Both the position numbers and the translations under genes were made by a program. From positions 9,550,001 through 9,614,000 of the forward strand of contig NC_087250.1 in NCBI RefSeq assembly GCF_037042905.1: a stretch of DNA of 64,000 nucleotides, given 5' to 3'. The stretch's first letter is position 1, and every line of letters begins with the position of its first letter. The stretch comes from Lytechinus pictus (lineage: Eukaryota). Below, piece by piece: positions 26,885 through 40,734 of this stretch. The notes under the pieces were generated by a model. It did no database searches, was not told the origin of the DNA, and was given only the letters and a program-made list of their open reading frames with translations.

Positions 26885-28633
26885 TAGGAGTGGGCTATAC
26901 GTGGGTCAAAAATACTTTTTGGGTCATTTTAATGTGACAACAGTTTTTATTTATTCCTTGTAATGTATCTCAACATTAAATTACAATATTTTTTGTCTCG
27001 GGGTCCTAGAAAAAAGTGTGCCGGGCAAAAATCCAAAATGGCCGCCAAACCCCCCAAAATCGCAGTTTTGGCCACCACTTCTTTATTAGGTGGTCCTTTT
27101 CTCTGGTTTTGGTGTCTATTCATATGTTTTTGGGAGCAGGCAATTTGTTTTTCCTAATATTAGTACTTTTAAACCATTATTTGTAGAGTTAAAAAGGTGA
27201 TTTTGCCTAAATTTACCAATTTTTAGACCCCTTTTTTCAGCCAAAAAGGAGGTGTCATCGTCATGTGGTTATTGGATTTTAGACGATGCGAGCTCCACAA
27301 TTGCAAGCAGTTTCAAATAGCTATATTGCATTTATTCCTCTACTTTGGGTTTTACGGATATTTGCGAAATGATCTATAAATTTAAAAAAAATGTCAATTA
27401 TCCATAGGGGCTATACAGTATACAATGTACTGTACATACTGCACCGCATACACATGGATGCCCATGCATAGACCACCATGACAAGGTCTGTATATAAACT
27501 ATAGTGTCATAGAAATGAGCTCTTAGGTTTATAATTAGATGCCTAAGAAATTAAAGATATGTTTTGTCTCAGAAATTGAAGACATCTTTTGTCAAATATG
27601 AAAATTCATGCCCGGGGTCGAAGAGAGGTAAATTAATAATGGATTATAGTCAACCCCACATTATGGCATTTACATTGTAGCTATTCTGGGCCCCGTTGCA
27701 TAAAATTTACCATTAAGGTAACTTTGCCATTAAATAGTAACTGCATGGAATCCTTGATTCTGATTGGCTGTTGATCAGCATTACCATGGTATTTACCTGA
27801 CCTCATAAACATAGGGTTCACACCACAACCAGGTTAAAAAAAAAAACTCAAAATGAAGTAGAAATGGCTAAAATTGTGATGTACGTATATGATGTTTATG
27901 TGCAATTTATGTTACATCAGGTTAGATCATGTACATCAGCTGACAAGCAGTCAATTCACAATCTAATTCTAAACCTCAGAAGCTCATTTTTATGACACTA
28001 TATAGTTTATATACATGCCTTGTTATATGTCATGGTGGTCAATGCATGGATATACACTGGCAGTGTATGCAGTGTCCCTGTATTATGTACAGTACATTGT
28101 ATATCGCATTGCCCCTATTGATAAATGACATTTTCTTTTATTTGATAAGATATATTTCACAAATATCCGTAAACCCCAATGTAGAGGAATAAAAGCAATA
28201 TAGCTATATGGAGCTGCTTACTACTGTTCAACAAGTATCGTCTAATATCCAAGAACCACAAGACGATAAAACCTACTTTTTGACTGAAAAAAGGGCTAAA
28301 AAAAATTGGTAAATTTAAGTAAAATCACCTTTTAACTCCACACATAATGTTTTAAAAGTACTAACTTTAGGAAAAACAAATAGCCTGCCCCCCAAAACAT
28401 ATGAATAGACACCGAAACCAGAGAAAAAGACCACCAAATAAAGAAGTTGTGGCCAAACATGTGATTTTGGGGGGTTTAAATTTTGGCGGCCATTTTGGAT
28501 TTTTGCCCGGCACACTTTTTTCTCGGACCCGAGACAAAAATATTGTCATTTCATGTTGAGATAAGGTAAAAGGAATACAAAAAAACTGTTGCCACAGCAA
28601 AACCAATAATCACCCATTTATAGCCCACTTCTA
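26885..28633. mobile_element. Non-autonomous long-TIR (foldback/Mutator-like) element in intron of gene C
   Basis: Imperfect inverted arms of ~650 bp (26885-~27540 and ~27960-28633). 9-bp TSD tattatcaa at 26876-26884 and 28634-28642. Confidence 0.85.
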
Positions 28634-28644
28634 TATTATCAACA

Positions 28645-29085
28645 ATATTTTGTCAAATATTCCAAACTAGTCATATAAAGAAGTCAATGACTCCTTAAAG
28701 ACCAATGCTTGCAACGTTACTCGCCATCTTATCTAAAAAAAACTCATTGATCAGTATGTACCCCAAATAATATTAAGATCAAACAAGAAATCTCTACCAT
28801 ACTGGTAATTCCAAAAATTAATACTCAATTCTATATGGCTCTCGTTCTTTCAGATTGTCACCTGCTGATTTTTCGAACAACTTGCCTGATATTGTTAAAA
28901 TACATCATGGATTGAATGCTCCCCGCAAATAGGTGTTTTCTTCTCTTCTTTTCCTCTAAAGTGCATAGAGGGTCATGTTATCACTGTAATATGCGCTATA
29001 CAAGCAATGTTTACTATTAATATTATTATTATTATCATTATAATTATTGTTATTATCATAATAATAATTATTATTATTATCATTC
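28645..29085 (+). mobile_element. Decayed LINE (L2/CR1-like) 3' end
   Basis: Frameshifted YVPQ..LRS..K.LVIPKINT.FYGSRSF-like C-terminus followed by gcgctatacaa and an (att)n tail. Other LINE/SINE tails at ~13590-13665, ~15695-15875 and ~63870-63950. Confidence 0.5.
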
Positions 29086-29177
29086 ATTGGATTGGTGTAA
29101 GATGTAATGCATAATATAATGATATAACTTATCGTGATATGGAATCCATGACTCATTTCGCTGCTAAGCCCTGTTAC

Positions 29178-29395
29178 CAGTGGCGGATCCAGGGAAGGGG
29201 GGGGGGGGTACAACCAGCTAGAGCCTCTCCCCCTCCCCCTTGAGAGCCATAATCAAAATTTGTAATGTAAATATACCGTTTTTACTAAAGTGTGCCCCCT
29301 TTTGAAAGTGAGGACTTTATTTTTTCTTCTGCTTGTCAAATTTTTATCGGTAAAGTGTGCCCCCCCCCCTTTGTAAAATCCTGGATCCGCCCCTG
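29178..29395. mobile_element. hAT-like MITE
   Basis: TIR cagtggcggatcc / ggatccgcccctg, imperfect 8-bp TSD cctgttac/tctgtaac. Relatives at ~35298-35504 and ~41053-41296. Confidence 0.65.
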
Positions 29396-29444
29396 TCTGT
29401 AACCATGGTAGTTATACAAAGTTGCATACTAATGAGCTGTTTTG

Positions 29445-29590
29445 TGATATTAATCAGTTCTTTTATGATATAAATTAGTTCTTATAGGATATTAATTAGT
29501 TCTTTTATGATATTAATTAATTCTTTTATGATATTAATTAGTTCTTTTATGATATCAATTAGTTATTTTATGACAATTACTATGTCTTTA
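29445..29590. repeat. ~21-bp minisatellite
   Basis: Repeated tcttttatgatattaattagt. Confidence 0.85.
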
Positions 29591-29633
29591 TGAAAACAAT
29601 TCCCACAGTCTCTTTATAAAGACTGTGGATATA

Positions 29634-30956
29634 CACTGCAAAAACGTGTTGAAACAACACCGGTTTGGCGTTAGGCTAACACCAATATGGCATTTAAGCA
29701 ACACCAATTAGTGTTAAACCAGTATCGGTTTGATTCTTAACTGGTGTTGTTTCAACACTTCTCTGCATGGTGTGGACCGATATATACCCAGGCTGGTGTT
29801 AACCTAACACCGGCGTTTTCGCAGTGTACTGTTTGGACTAAATTACCTACCTGATTTCGAGTTGAATGCCAGCATGAGCTCAAAGATCAGTATCCATTTG
29901 ACCCAGGAACATTCCATGTTGAAGTCTGTATGAATATGAAGCAATTGTTGAAAAGTCTTGGAAACATTTTAGGGAGAGGTGAGAAGTCAAGATTATACTG
30001 CAAAAACTCTGGTGTTGATTTAACACCAGCCCGGAATCTATATATATCCACACCAGTGAAGTGTTAAACATCACCAGTATTGTTTTGGTCCAACACCAGA
30101 TAGGTGTTTATACAACACCAATTAGTATTTAAACGGCATCGGTTTGATTCCAAACTGGTGCTGTTTCAATACTTCTCTGGTGTGGACATATATAGATTCC
30201 GGGCTGGTGTTAAATCAACACCGGAGTTTTTGCAGTGTAGTAGCTTGGCTCATGTAGGCCAGAGCCGCCAGACTCCAGCATTATTGTTTTTACCCAAACT
30301 TGTGTAACTAAAGGAGAGAAAGTGCGATCAATGTTGATCATTTGGTTAGCCGGATATGTACTATGAATTTAAAAAAATGACCCCGTCAAATTGTCCAGAT
30401 CATATTTCTGAAATATCATCCCCAAAACACTCATAAAACCCCCGGACATCCGTTTCTGTTAGCGGGTGGACTTTTATATTTCCTTTATTGAATTACAAAC
30501 TCTTTCCAATCTTACTCGCATGAAAGGCACACTCTAAAAACAAGGTCCAGGGAACGATTTTTTGAGTGGGGGTACTGATGTAAATTTGAAAAAAAAAAAT
30601 CACTACAAAATGGAAATCATATTGGTCACAAGAAATTTGAAAAGCAAAAAAAAAAAGAAAGAAAAAGAAAAGGTTATCACTACAAAATGAAGGTCATTTG
30701 GCTTATATATTTTTTCAAACCTTCTGCACAGCAAAAACACCAGCCCGGAATCTATTTATGTCCACACCAGAGAAGTGTTAAACTACACCAGTTTCGTTTT
30801 GGTCTAGCACCATATAGGTGTTTATACAACACCAATCACTATTAAAACAGCACACTGAGGTTTGATTAAAAAGTGGTGTTGTTTCAATACTTTTCTGGTG
30901 TGGACATATATAGATTCCGGGCTGGTGTTAAATCAACACCGGAGTTTTTGCAGTGT
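29634..30956. repeat. Three copies of a cactgcaaaaa-ended MITE (~29634-29827, ~29996-30238, ~30727-30956)
   Basis: Shared TIR (c)actgcaaaaac...gtttttgcagtg and aacacc-rich body. CACT termini resemble EnSpm/CACTA. Confidence 0.7.
29851..29917 (-). CDS. Ly6/uPAR-like gene C, probable signal-peptide exon (MECSWVKWILIFELMLAFNSKS-A)
   Basis: Acceptor atacag| at 29925, ATG at 29917, phase-1 donor CAG|gtaggt compatible with exon 23766-23902. Hydrophobic core. The linkage across a ~5.9 kb intron is inferred. Confidence 0.68.
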
Positions 30957-31333
30957 GCCTATGGAAAATAATACACGCAGCACCTCCAAGAAAACATTGG
31001 GGGTGCTTCAGCACCCTCGCTTTCCAGGGCCATGTCTAAAAACAGAGAGTAAAAAAATACCCAATATTGAGTAAAAAGGGAACATGCATGTTTGCTGGGT
31101 AATTTGTCCCCTCAATATTGAACAAAATGCATGTTTGAAGGGTAAATATCAACGCAACATGGCGTAAAAATTTACAAAATATTTGGTATCGTTTTACCCA
31201 ACAAACATGCATGTTCCCATTTTACCCAATATTGGGTAAGAAGTTTTTCATAGTGCATTAAAGCAGAGGTGTAATGGGCCTAATCAATAAAATGAATATT
31301 TAATTTCCTGATAGATTATAATATAATGTTTAA

Positions 31334-31734
31334 GGGCGACCGCACACCTTACGATTGTTTTGCGACCCGATTTTAGAATAAAATGTAGTAGAATATGATG
31401 CTAATATTGAGACTTGGAATATCTTATACTGTGTTATGTTCTAAATCATCGTACGAATACCTACGTTCAAATCTGTGACTATGCTATCGTCCTTCTTCAA
31501 TATCTAGTCGTAATGACGTCATAGGAATCGTACGATTGACTACGATTTGAAACTAATTTGGCCTTTACTCCAAAATAATGGCTTGCAAGCTTTCAAAATG
31601 GTTATATTAGTATTTTTTCAATTAATTTTAACCTCAAATAAAATGATATGTTCCATTCACATTTTCAGAAAATGAGCAAAATGTGATTTGTTTCAAAATC
31701 GGATCGCGAACAGTCGTAAGGTGTGCGGTGGCCT
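31334..31734. mobile_element. MITE with TAA TSD (Harbinger-like)
   Basis: TIR gggcgaccgcacaccttacga / tcgtaaggtgtgcggtggcct, flanked by taa. Confidence 0.78.
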
Positions 31735-32287
31735 TAACACATGTTAAGGGCATTATTTTCACCTTTTTTTTTCTAGTTTTCTTTCTTTTTTAAATGTATA
31801 TACTGTCACAGAGTGTGTCCACAGTGTACGTGAAACACTTTTTATATATACATTTTTAGTATCATTGGTGGACGCACTGTAATAATTCAAATTTACATTC
31901 ACATTTAAAGATTTGAATATTTTCAGTTCACCACTTCACACAGAGCAGACACCGATTTACTGGAAACCGGTTCAGGAAACCAATTTCGAAGATCGCATTG
32001 CGCCCGAAGTAAGTAGTTTTCAAAACCACTTCACGGCCGCTTCGAGGAAAGTGATCTTGTTGCTATGGGTACCTTCTCAGGTGCGTGTGAAATTTGGAAC
32101 CGCAGTCCATTCTAAACACAGCGATCTTGAAAACTGCATCGCTATGTGCATGGTTTTCCGAATCGGTTTGGAAGATCGCTTCCAATCAAGTCCGCTTCGA
32201 CCGGTTCCCATTACACGTTTATTAAAACTAGCTTCCACTAAACTAGTTTTAGGGCGGTAATGAGAACGTGGTCAATATAAACACGAT

Positions 32288-32792
32288 GGACCGTATTCTG
32301 ACCTCAGGTTTAAATTAAACCCTGGTTTAGAGTTATAGTTTAACTATGGAGAATCGGAGATCCAATTGCGTCACAAACCTTAACAATACACATTCAAATT
32401 ATTAACTCATATGACACCCAAATTGTTCATAATAATTGTCTCAGGAATGATAACTGAAGTATTTTTCTTCATTATGAGAGCAAAATTAAACAAAATAGCA
32501 AATATAAGAAATACATGTATGCAATTCATGTATATAAGCAGAATAATCGTCGTGTCGTTGCAGGAACGCCCTTATAGGCCTATATATAGCATCATATACT
32601 TACACGCATTGCATGCGCGCAGAAACGCCCTTAGTTGCTCGCATAATGGCATTGCGTATAAGGGCGTTTCTGCACCGATGAGGTGCGCGATGCACCGACG
32701 CGACGAATGTTTTGAGTATTTGACCCCCCCCCCCCATAATTTCAGCACAGGGTTAGACCATCTAAGTTACACCTGACTTACGAATACGGGCC
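32288..32792. mobile_element. MITE, same family as 293-605, with an internal ~180-bp insertion
   Basis: Matching TIRs and body. Extra GC-richer segment at ~32540-32720. Confidence 0.7.
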
Positions 32793-33714
32793 ACTGCGTG
32801 ACACTGTACTTCCCAGTAGGACACAAGTCATGTACATTGCTGAAAGTTATAATGTAGGCCTATACTTTCTTGCTAGTTTCAAAGTTGATACACATTCCTA
32901 GCTTACATCAGCATCTGTAGCATGCAATATAGCAATATATTTCCGAACTCCTTTATATGAGGCATGAATCAATATAATATGTAACATCGATGTGACGTAT
33001 CAAATTAAAATGCATCTCCGGTCAAATAAATTGCAATATAAGTGACATTGTATTTGATTTAGTATCGGTATTGTTTTTGTACTTCTATTTCTGTTCATTG
33101 AAGTACGTGGAGTATCACTTTCAACGGCGATCCATGTCCCTTTCTCAGTTCCTTGAATCTGTACAATTTTGTACAACAGCCTAAAATAAACCCCACTTAT
33201 TTAACCCGCATTCCTAAAGGACAAGTCCAATTCAACAAAAAGTCGATTTGAATAAAAAGAGAAAAATCCAACAAGCAGACACTTAAAATTTCATCAGAAT
33301 CGGATGTAAAATAAGAAAGTTATGCCTTTTTTTTAGGTTTCGCGCTTCATTTCACAAAACACTTATATATGCACATCCTGGTTGGTATGCAAATGAGGGG
33401 ACTGATGTATTTCACTATATGAAACATTCAAATTTTCCACATTTTCATGTGAAATTGTGAAGTCTATTCCTCCCTCAACATGTGGAACTACTTTTGTTCT
33501 AACATTTTTTGCCTGAGTCAAGTTGGTCATTATTGTCAAATCTGTCAAAATTGAAATATTGTATGATTCAAACAATAAACACATAAGAAATAGTGAGTGA
33601 GGGACATCATCGACTTTCTCATCTGCATGTCACTGAATTGTGCATAGAACTGTTTGGTGAAAAATAAGCGAACAATTTTAAAGTGCCATAACTTTCTTAT
33701 TTTACATCCGATAT

Positions 33715-34289
33715 GTGATATGTGTACAACCCATACAATTGTTTAAAACATGTAAAATCACTGATTTTAACCATTTTCTCGGTCGGACACATTATACAAT
33801 GGTCATTTTCATTTGACCAGTCCTTTTTATATTGTTTTTCGAGAATGCGTGTGTGTGTGGACTCCTATTAATGGTGATTTGTGCGCTCTAAAAAAAAAGA
33901 ATTGGTCAAAATGACAATTTTTTTGGTGATATGTGTACAACCCATACAATATTGTTTAAAACATGTAAAATCACTGATTTTAACCATTTTCTCGGTCGGA
34001 CACATTATACAATAGTCATTTACATTTGACCAGTCCTTTTTAGATTGTTTTTCGAGAATGCGTGTGTGTGTGTGTGGACTCCTATTAATGGTGATTTGTG
34101 CGCTCTAAAAAAAAAGAATTGGTCAAAATGACCATTTTCTTGGTGATATGTGTACAACCCATACAATATTGTTTAAAACGTGTAAAATCACTGATTTTAA
34201 CCATTTTCTCGGTCGGACACATTAAACAATGGTCATTTTCATTTGACCAACCCTTTTTAGATTGTTTTTCGAGAATGCATGTGTGTGTA
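33715..34289. repeat. Tandem repeat, ~211-217 bp unit, ~2.7 copies
   Basis: gtgatatgtgtacaacccatacaat starts at ~33715, ~33926 and ~34143, with near-identical units. Confidence 0.9.
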
Positions 34290-36318
34290 TAAACAGGTGA
34301 ATATAATTATTAATGACTGAATAAAAATATATATTGTGATACCTCAATACGTATGAATAATATCCCTCAACATAAACATGCCTTGTACAGTTGTAATTAA
34401 TATGTTATGAATACCATGCTTATGAAACAACTATTGTCTGCTAATCAATTTTATTTGAATACGGAGGCGGCCATATAACCACTCATCAAACGGTTAAATC
34501 ATTAATAACAGGTACAATGCATTTGTACATTCATGTATAATATGATGCGGTTAAAATTTGAACTTGCTCACAAAACGGAAATGTTCGGATACTTATAATC
34601 AAGTAAATAATCTCATAAATTGCACAAACCATGTGTGTTTACATTTCAATTCTCAATAAACAAAATGTAATTTTAAGAACAAATAAGTATAGTTCAATAC
34701 GGAAATATTTTGGTCTACTTACCGTTTGTGTATATTATATAAATATGCTTCGGCCTGCCGAAGTAGCTTACCTTACAAAGTTCAAATGCAGCCCATGAAT
34801 GATCACTCTACCGCACTCAACTTGAAGTACATAGATGCATAAACTCCAGCTCGTGAAAATATGGTCGGGTGCAAATTACGTATGCATAACGCACGCTTGA
34901 ATGCTCAATCTAAATGACAAGTCAAAGCGGAATTCTAAATGAAATCATCATTTGGAGATCGTTTGGAGAAAGAATAGAGTAGCAAAACGGTCGATTTCTC
35001 TTTCTACGCTGTACAATAATGGGGGGACTAAACCTTGACTGTGGAAGTGTAACTATTTGAGCTTTTTATTGAATAATTTTGCCATTCGCTCGGAGTTATT
35101 TTAAGAGAGATCGGATCACAAAGAAGGGGTGTAAGTTTACACCTTCTGAGGAGTGGTGTGTATTGGTATAGGCCCAAGGCGCTTTCGCGAGAAATAAAAT
35201 CAATTTGCTTGAGAAAGAGGAAACGGTTTGGAAAGTAAATATGATGTTGGGGTGTGACTCGGAAAGAATGTGCAGTGCCCCATTGCTCCCCCCCCCCGGT
35301 GGCGGATCTATGGGGGGGGGGGGGTACGTGTCAGGGGATTTAGCCCCCCCCCCCGGCTGCCAAGTAATGAAAAAAAAGGAATGACCTACAATTTAGGGCT
35401 AATCCCAGATGGATGATCCTCTTTTTTTTTTTTTTTGGGGGGGGGGTGTCAAATTTCTTGGTGAAACCCATTCTTTGGAAAAGAAAGCTATAGATCCGCC
35501 CCTGCCCCCATTTATCTCTCTCTCTCTCTCTCTCTCTTACATACACCCCCCACACACACACTTTCTTTCCCTCTCTCACCTATTATACTCTTACTTTCAA
35601 TGTTAATGAATTATTAGTAAATTTAAACAACTTATCTTGCAAATTTTGATTAACATTTCCCAATGTCAAAAATATGAATAACTGACAAAATGTGAATGCG
35701 GCCAATGAATTGAAATTTAGAGTAGTGAGGACGATCTCGTGAGTAGTTTGGAATTTGATTAAATTATTTAGCAATAAGTTGTACATCTGTTTAAAGGTTA
35801 TAAGTAGTCAAATCGCAGGAAGGTTTTACATGTGAAACTATGCATTGTAAATGGGACCCAAAAAATGCCACAATGAGTGCCAGTCAGACCTGGGCACCGT
35901 TGCAGAAAAGTTTCTTAATTTAGTATGGTATTTTTGCCATCCAATTTAAACTGCCATGGTAACGCTGATCAGCAGCCAATCAAAAACAATGATTCCATGC
36001 AAGATACCAGTGGATGGCAAAGTTACTATAAGAGTAAATTTTATGCAACGGGGCCAGTATATTAAAATAAAAAAACCCAAACTATCAACTGCAGGGCATT
36101 TCATTTAACATTAAGGGTTATTGATCAGTGTAATTTTTTTTTATTAAAGGTGTCCTATAATCGCTAGAGTGGGTTATGTAAGACCTCTTAAAGGTTTCCT
36201 AAAAGTCTTTTCTGCATAAACAACCTTGCTTTAAACAACTGCCACTGCCATCCTATTTCCCTCTTTCTCATGAAATCGAGAGAATCAAACATCGGACATC
36301 AAAGGCAACAAAGTGGAA

Positions 36319-36415
36319 GTGCCGTGGCCGAGTGGTCTAAGGCGCCTGGCTATATAATGGAAAGTCCGGGGTTCGATCCCCGGCCGCGGCACCTATGCCC
36401 GTGAGCAAAGCATTG
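36319..36415 (+). mobile_element. tRNA-derived SINE head (truncated)
   Basis: tggccgagtggtctaaggcg A box and ggttcgatccc B box. Anticodon arm is non-canonical. Confidence 0.65.
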
Positions 36416-37937
36416 CCAAAAAGTCCACAGCTAAGGACGCACACCACTAATGGGATCCGGCAATTTCGGGATTCCCCTTTAGACCCGTATCATGACGTAA
36501 TGGTTAGAAAAATTTATATAAAATCAACGGTGCAAATCTGAACATTTTTTTTTTCATACGGGCATAGAGAGGGATTACTACTGGATCTGTTCAGGCACAT
36601 GGGAGAGCAGTAATTTTTCAATGGGAACTTAATTAGTTGCCCAAGAAAAAGGCCTGTGAGCACTGTGACTGCAACCAAGTTTGCATGTAGTTTGGGTTTG
36701 AGCCCCTGTAGCGCGAAAAAATGCTGAAAACCCCTGTTTCATTTGTTTAGCGTTTGAAGGATATTGGATGAACTAACAAATGGTAAAGGTTTGGTTGGTG
36801 TCACTATAAAGACGTATTTTTTGCGATTTTTTTTTCAAATCTCATTTTTAACACATGAGTCTATCATGTCAACGGGAAAATAGTTAGTGTTGTGTGCCCC
36901 CAATACAATTTCGCATTTTGTTGAATACGGAATGTCGCCCTCTTTGTTCGCAGCAAACCGATATTACTTTTGTTCTGCACGAGTGTTTGGACCTCCCAAG
37001 TGCTGTTAGAATACCGAACAGTTGGGGTCTCAAATTGGTAAGGCCCTACCAAAGGACCACTTAATTGCTGGAGAAAATGTCGAAGGGGGGGGGGGTATAT
37101 CCTTTCATTTATCTGAGAAGAGGCCTACACAAACGGCCCTTACTTTTAAAGGAAGATTTTTTTTAATCATCATTATCAAATAATATTGTGCATGACTTTA
37201 TCTATCTACGTGTAATTTTTTTATATATTTTAATTGATGTGATTTTCCAAAAATTTAAGAATTGATATCATGTTATTCATATGCTATAATAGATTCATCT
37301 TTACCTTTAATAATATACCTTCTTTTCTTTGAACAAACAACACTCCTTCATTTTATCTCGCTTCTGAATGTACTTGATAAGACGAATATCATTTTTTTTT
37401 CTCTCTCTCATTGTTTTAAATTAAATATGAATACATTTATTTCTTTTCTCAGTTGTACATTTCATTCATTCATTAATTCACTCATTTCGTTTCATTTTAT
37501 TGATTTCTACAACATCTAATATACAAATTAACAAAATAGAGTACTTAATAAAATCTGCAGATCAAGAAGAGAAATAAGAAACAACTCCTATAACATAATG
37601 ACTGAAGAAGGTTGCGGGGATTGTCATTGAATATTGATGAATGACCATCATTTTCCTCTTTTTTTTAATTGCATTTATTTATTGATAAGTAGCTGTTGTT
37701 TTCTTCTCACATTTTTCTAACAACTGGAAGCAACTCGCTACGCCACCTCCGTGCAATGGCATAATTAGAAGATATTTTTAGTCTCTTGTATACTTACCTC
37801 CATAATATATGTTATTTGAGACTATATGTAATATTTCATTTGATAAAAAAGTATTGGTAATTGCTCGCTTCGCTCACTCGCAAATTGATATGAAATAATG
37901 GTTCATCAAACCCAAATATCACGTGCAATACCCTTAA

Positions 37938-38539
37938 GGGTCAAGTCCACCCCAGCAAAATGTTGATTTGAATAAATGGAGAAAAATTAAACTAGCATAA
38001 CACTGAAAATTTCATCAAAATCGGATGTAAAATAAGAAAGTTATGGCATTTTAAAGTTTCGCTTATTTTTTCACAAAACAGTGATGTGCACAACTCAGTA
38101 ACATGCAAATTAGTCAGTCGATGATGTCCATCACTTACTATTTCTTTTGTTTTTTATTGTTTGAATAATACAATATTTCATTTTTTTACAGATTTGACCG
38201 TAGGGACCGACTTGACTGAACCATATATTAATAAACAATGCTAATTCCACACGTATAGGGAGGAATTAATCACTGTTTCACTTGACAATGAGGAGAAATT
38301 TAGAATATTTCATATAATAAAATACAAAATAAATAGTGAGTGGATGACGTCATCAGTCTCCTTATTTGCATACCGACCAGGATGTGCATTCAACTGTTTT
38401 GTGAAATTAAGCGAAACTTTGAAATGTCATAACCTTCTTATTTTACATCCGATTTTGATGAAATTTTCAATGTTATATGCATGTTGGATTTTTCTCTTTT
38501 TATTCAAATAATTTTTTTTTGTTGGAGTGGACTTGTCCT
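37938..38539. mobile_element. TTAA-flanked MITE, caagtccacccc family
   Basis: ttaa|gggtcaagtccacccc ... gtggacttgtcct|ttaa. A second copy follows at ~38610-39190. Confidence 0.82.
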
Positions 38540-38609
38540 TTAACTATAGCTCGTGTCTCATCAAATCATTACTATTTTTAAGTAGTTCTTCCCCGATTAA
38601 ACAAAAAAA

Positions 38610-39190
38610 AGTCCACCCCAGAAAAAAAAATGTTGATTTGAATCAATAGTGATACATCAAACAAGCATAATGCAGAAAATTTCTTCAAAATCAGATGTAA
38701 AATAAGAAAGTTATGACATTTTTAAGTTTCGCTTATTTTTCACAAAACAACTATGTATGCACAACTCCGTGATATACATATGAGAGAGTCGATGATATCC
38801 CTCACTCACTATTTCTTTTTATTGTTTAAATTAATATTTATTTTCAAAGATTTGACAATATGGACCAACTTGACTGAATAATAAAATGTTAAAACATGGT
38901 CATTCCACATGTTCAGTGAGGAGTAAACTTTTTTTCACTTGACAACGAAGAGCAAATCAGAATATTTCATATAATAAAATGCAAAATAAATAGTGAGTGG
39001 GTGACGTCATTAGTCACCTCATTCACATACCGACCAGGATGTGCATATAAGTGTCATGTGAAATTAAGCTCAACTTGAAAATGTCATAACTTTTTTATTT
39101 TACATCCGATTTTGATAAACTTTTAGCGTTATGCTTGTTGGATTTTTCTCTTTTTATTCAAAACAACTTTTTAGTGGGGTGGACTTGCCC
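38610..39190. mobile_element. Adjacent second copy of the caagtccacccc MITE
   Basis: Co-linear with 37938-38539, termini eroded. Confidence 0.75.
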
Positions 39191-40734
39191 AGAAACAGCC
39201 TTTGGCAGTGGCGTACCTAGGATTTTCCTGAGAATCACATGAATGAAATATATAAATTGTACATGTTTTAATTGATATGATTTCTCCACCTTTTAAGAAG
39301 TGATATTTTATTCATATGCTGTTTATACACCCTTTGGCTGGTTAAAAACTCCTTATGTTGAAGTGCAAAATACTGGCGATGATGAAAGTGATGTTGATCG
39401 GATGCAATGGGTGACGGCATTCACTGTACATATAACATAAGCTTATCACGTCACGGTTCTCATTAATCTGTACGTGATTAACATTTACTCCGTTTTCCCG
39501 GGCCGTTTTCACAGAAATGATGTTCGATTTAATTCTTGCTTTATTTTTTAAAATCACCAGTTTTTCTGCATTAAGAATTTGAATTGAATATGAAATGATC
39601 TGATGATAGAACGAATTATTAACATCGGAGATTTTTATAACCAATAAAACTAATATTTTACACACCTGTAAAAGAACATAAAGTTATCTTTTCAAACAAC
39701 CGCCCCTTGGGGATATGGCTTCTACACAATATTGAATTCCACTTAAAAGCATAAGTCCCTTGAAGTGGAGTATATTTAGAGAGAAATAAGACCGTCACAC
39801 ATGTAATTTGATCCAGAATGATTAAGGTATTTATATGAGGCGTTATCAATGTTTTAGTGAATATTTTGGTTATGGTGAATCAATTATTAGAAAGCATTTC
39901 GACGAGGAGTAAGTTTGCTGCATTCAACAGCGGACCAATTGTCAACAATTGACTTCTATACACGCCCCATGCATTGTAGTCAGTAGGACGACGCCAATAT
40001 TTCTGTGCGAAGTCTGTGATGATATAGTTGACGTTTTGAGGAATTTTGAAGATTCTGTGAATTGTCTTGAGGAAAAAAACGGAAAGGGTGAATCAAAGAT
40101 ATTAGAGATTTCTATTACTTGTATACTGGTAAGTTGACCATCTTTATAAAATGATAAAATTTACGTTTATTCTCGCTACATTTTGTTATTGTCTATAACT
40201 GCGCTGTAGCTTGTGCTCTGTTGAGGCGAACGGCGTGTGTACGTGCTGTTGCGCGGCTACTGCTGCGGGCGTGGGAGAAGCGACCCGCTGCGGCGCTGGT
40301 CCTTGTACGGAATAACTCAACAATCGTGAAATGATCTGTCAAGAATAGGGATCTGTTTACCGTGCCAAATACCGGAAACCATTTACCTTAAGCTCTAATG
40401 ATATTACAGGAGGTCTTTAATTTGTATTTACTATTTATTTTTGTGTGTGATAAAGTACTGCATCTAGAGTTGTGTTTCCCCTCCCACGGCCACGGCCCAC
40501 TTTACTTTACACAATGCGAACACACAAATTGACAGAAGAGAAGTGGGAACTGGGTCTGGGATGAGGAAACATTTTTCAGATCTGTTCAACTTTTTGTTGG
40601 AATGCAACAGAAATTGAAACGAAAAGTTGATAATTTTTTTTAAATATTTGTATGATGTTGATAAAATCTTCAATAACAAGATGACAAGAGGTACTAATGA
40701 TGAGGATGAGTAATTTAAGTAAAACATGAAGATT

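Noticed and set aside
33715..34289. CRISPR-like array
   Set aside because: The units are contiguous with no unique spacers, and the context is eukaryotic.
36319..36392. Functional tRNA gene
   Set aside because: The anticodon arm does not pair and SINE-like body sequence follows; the same applies to 5662.
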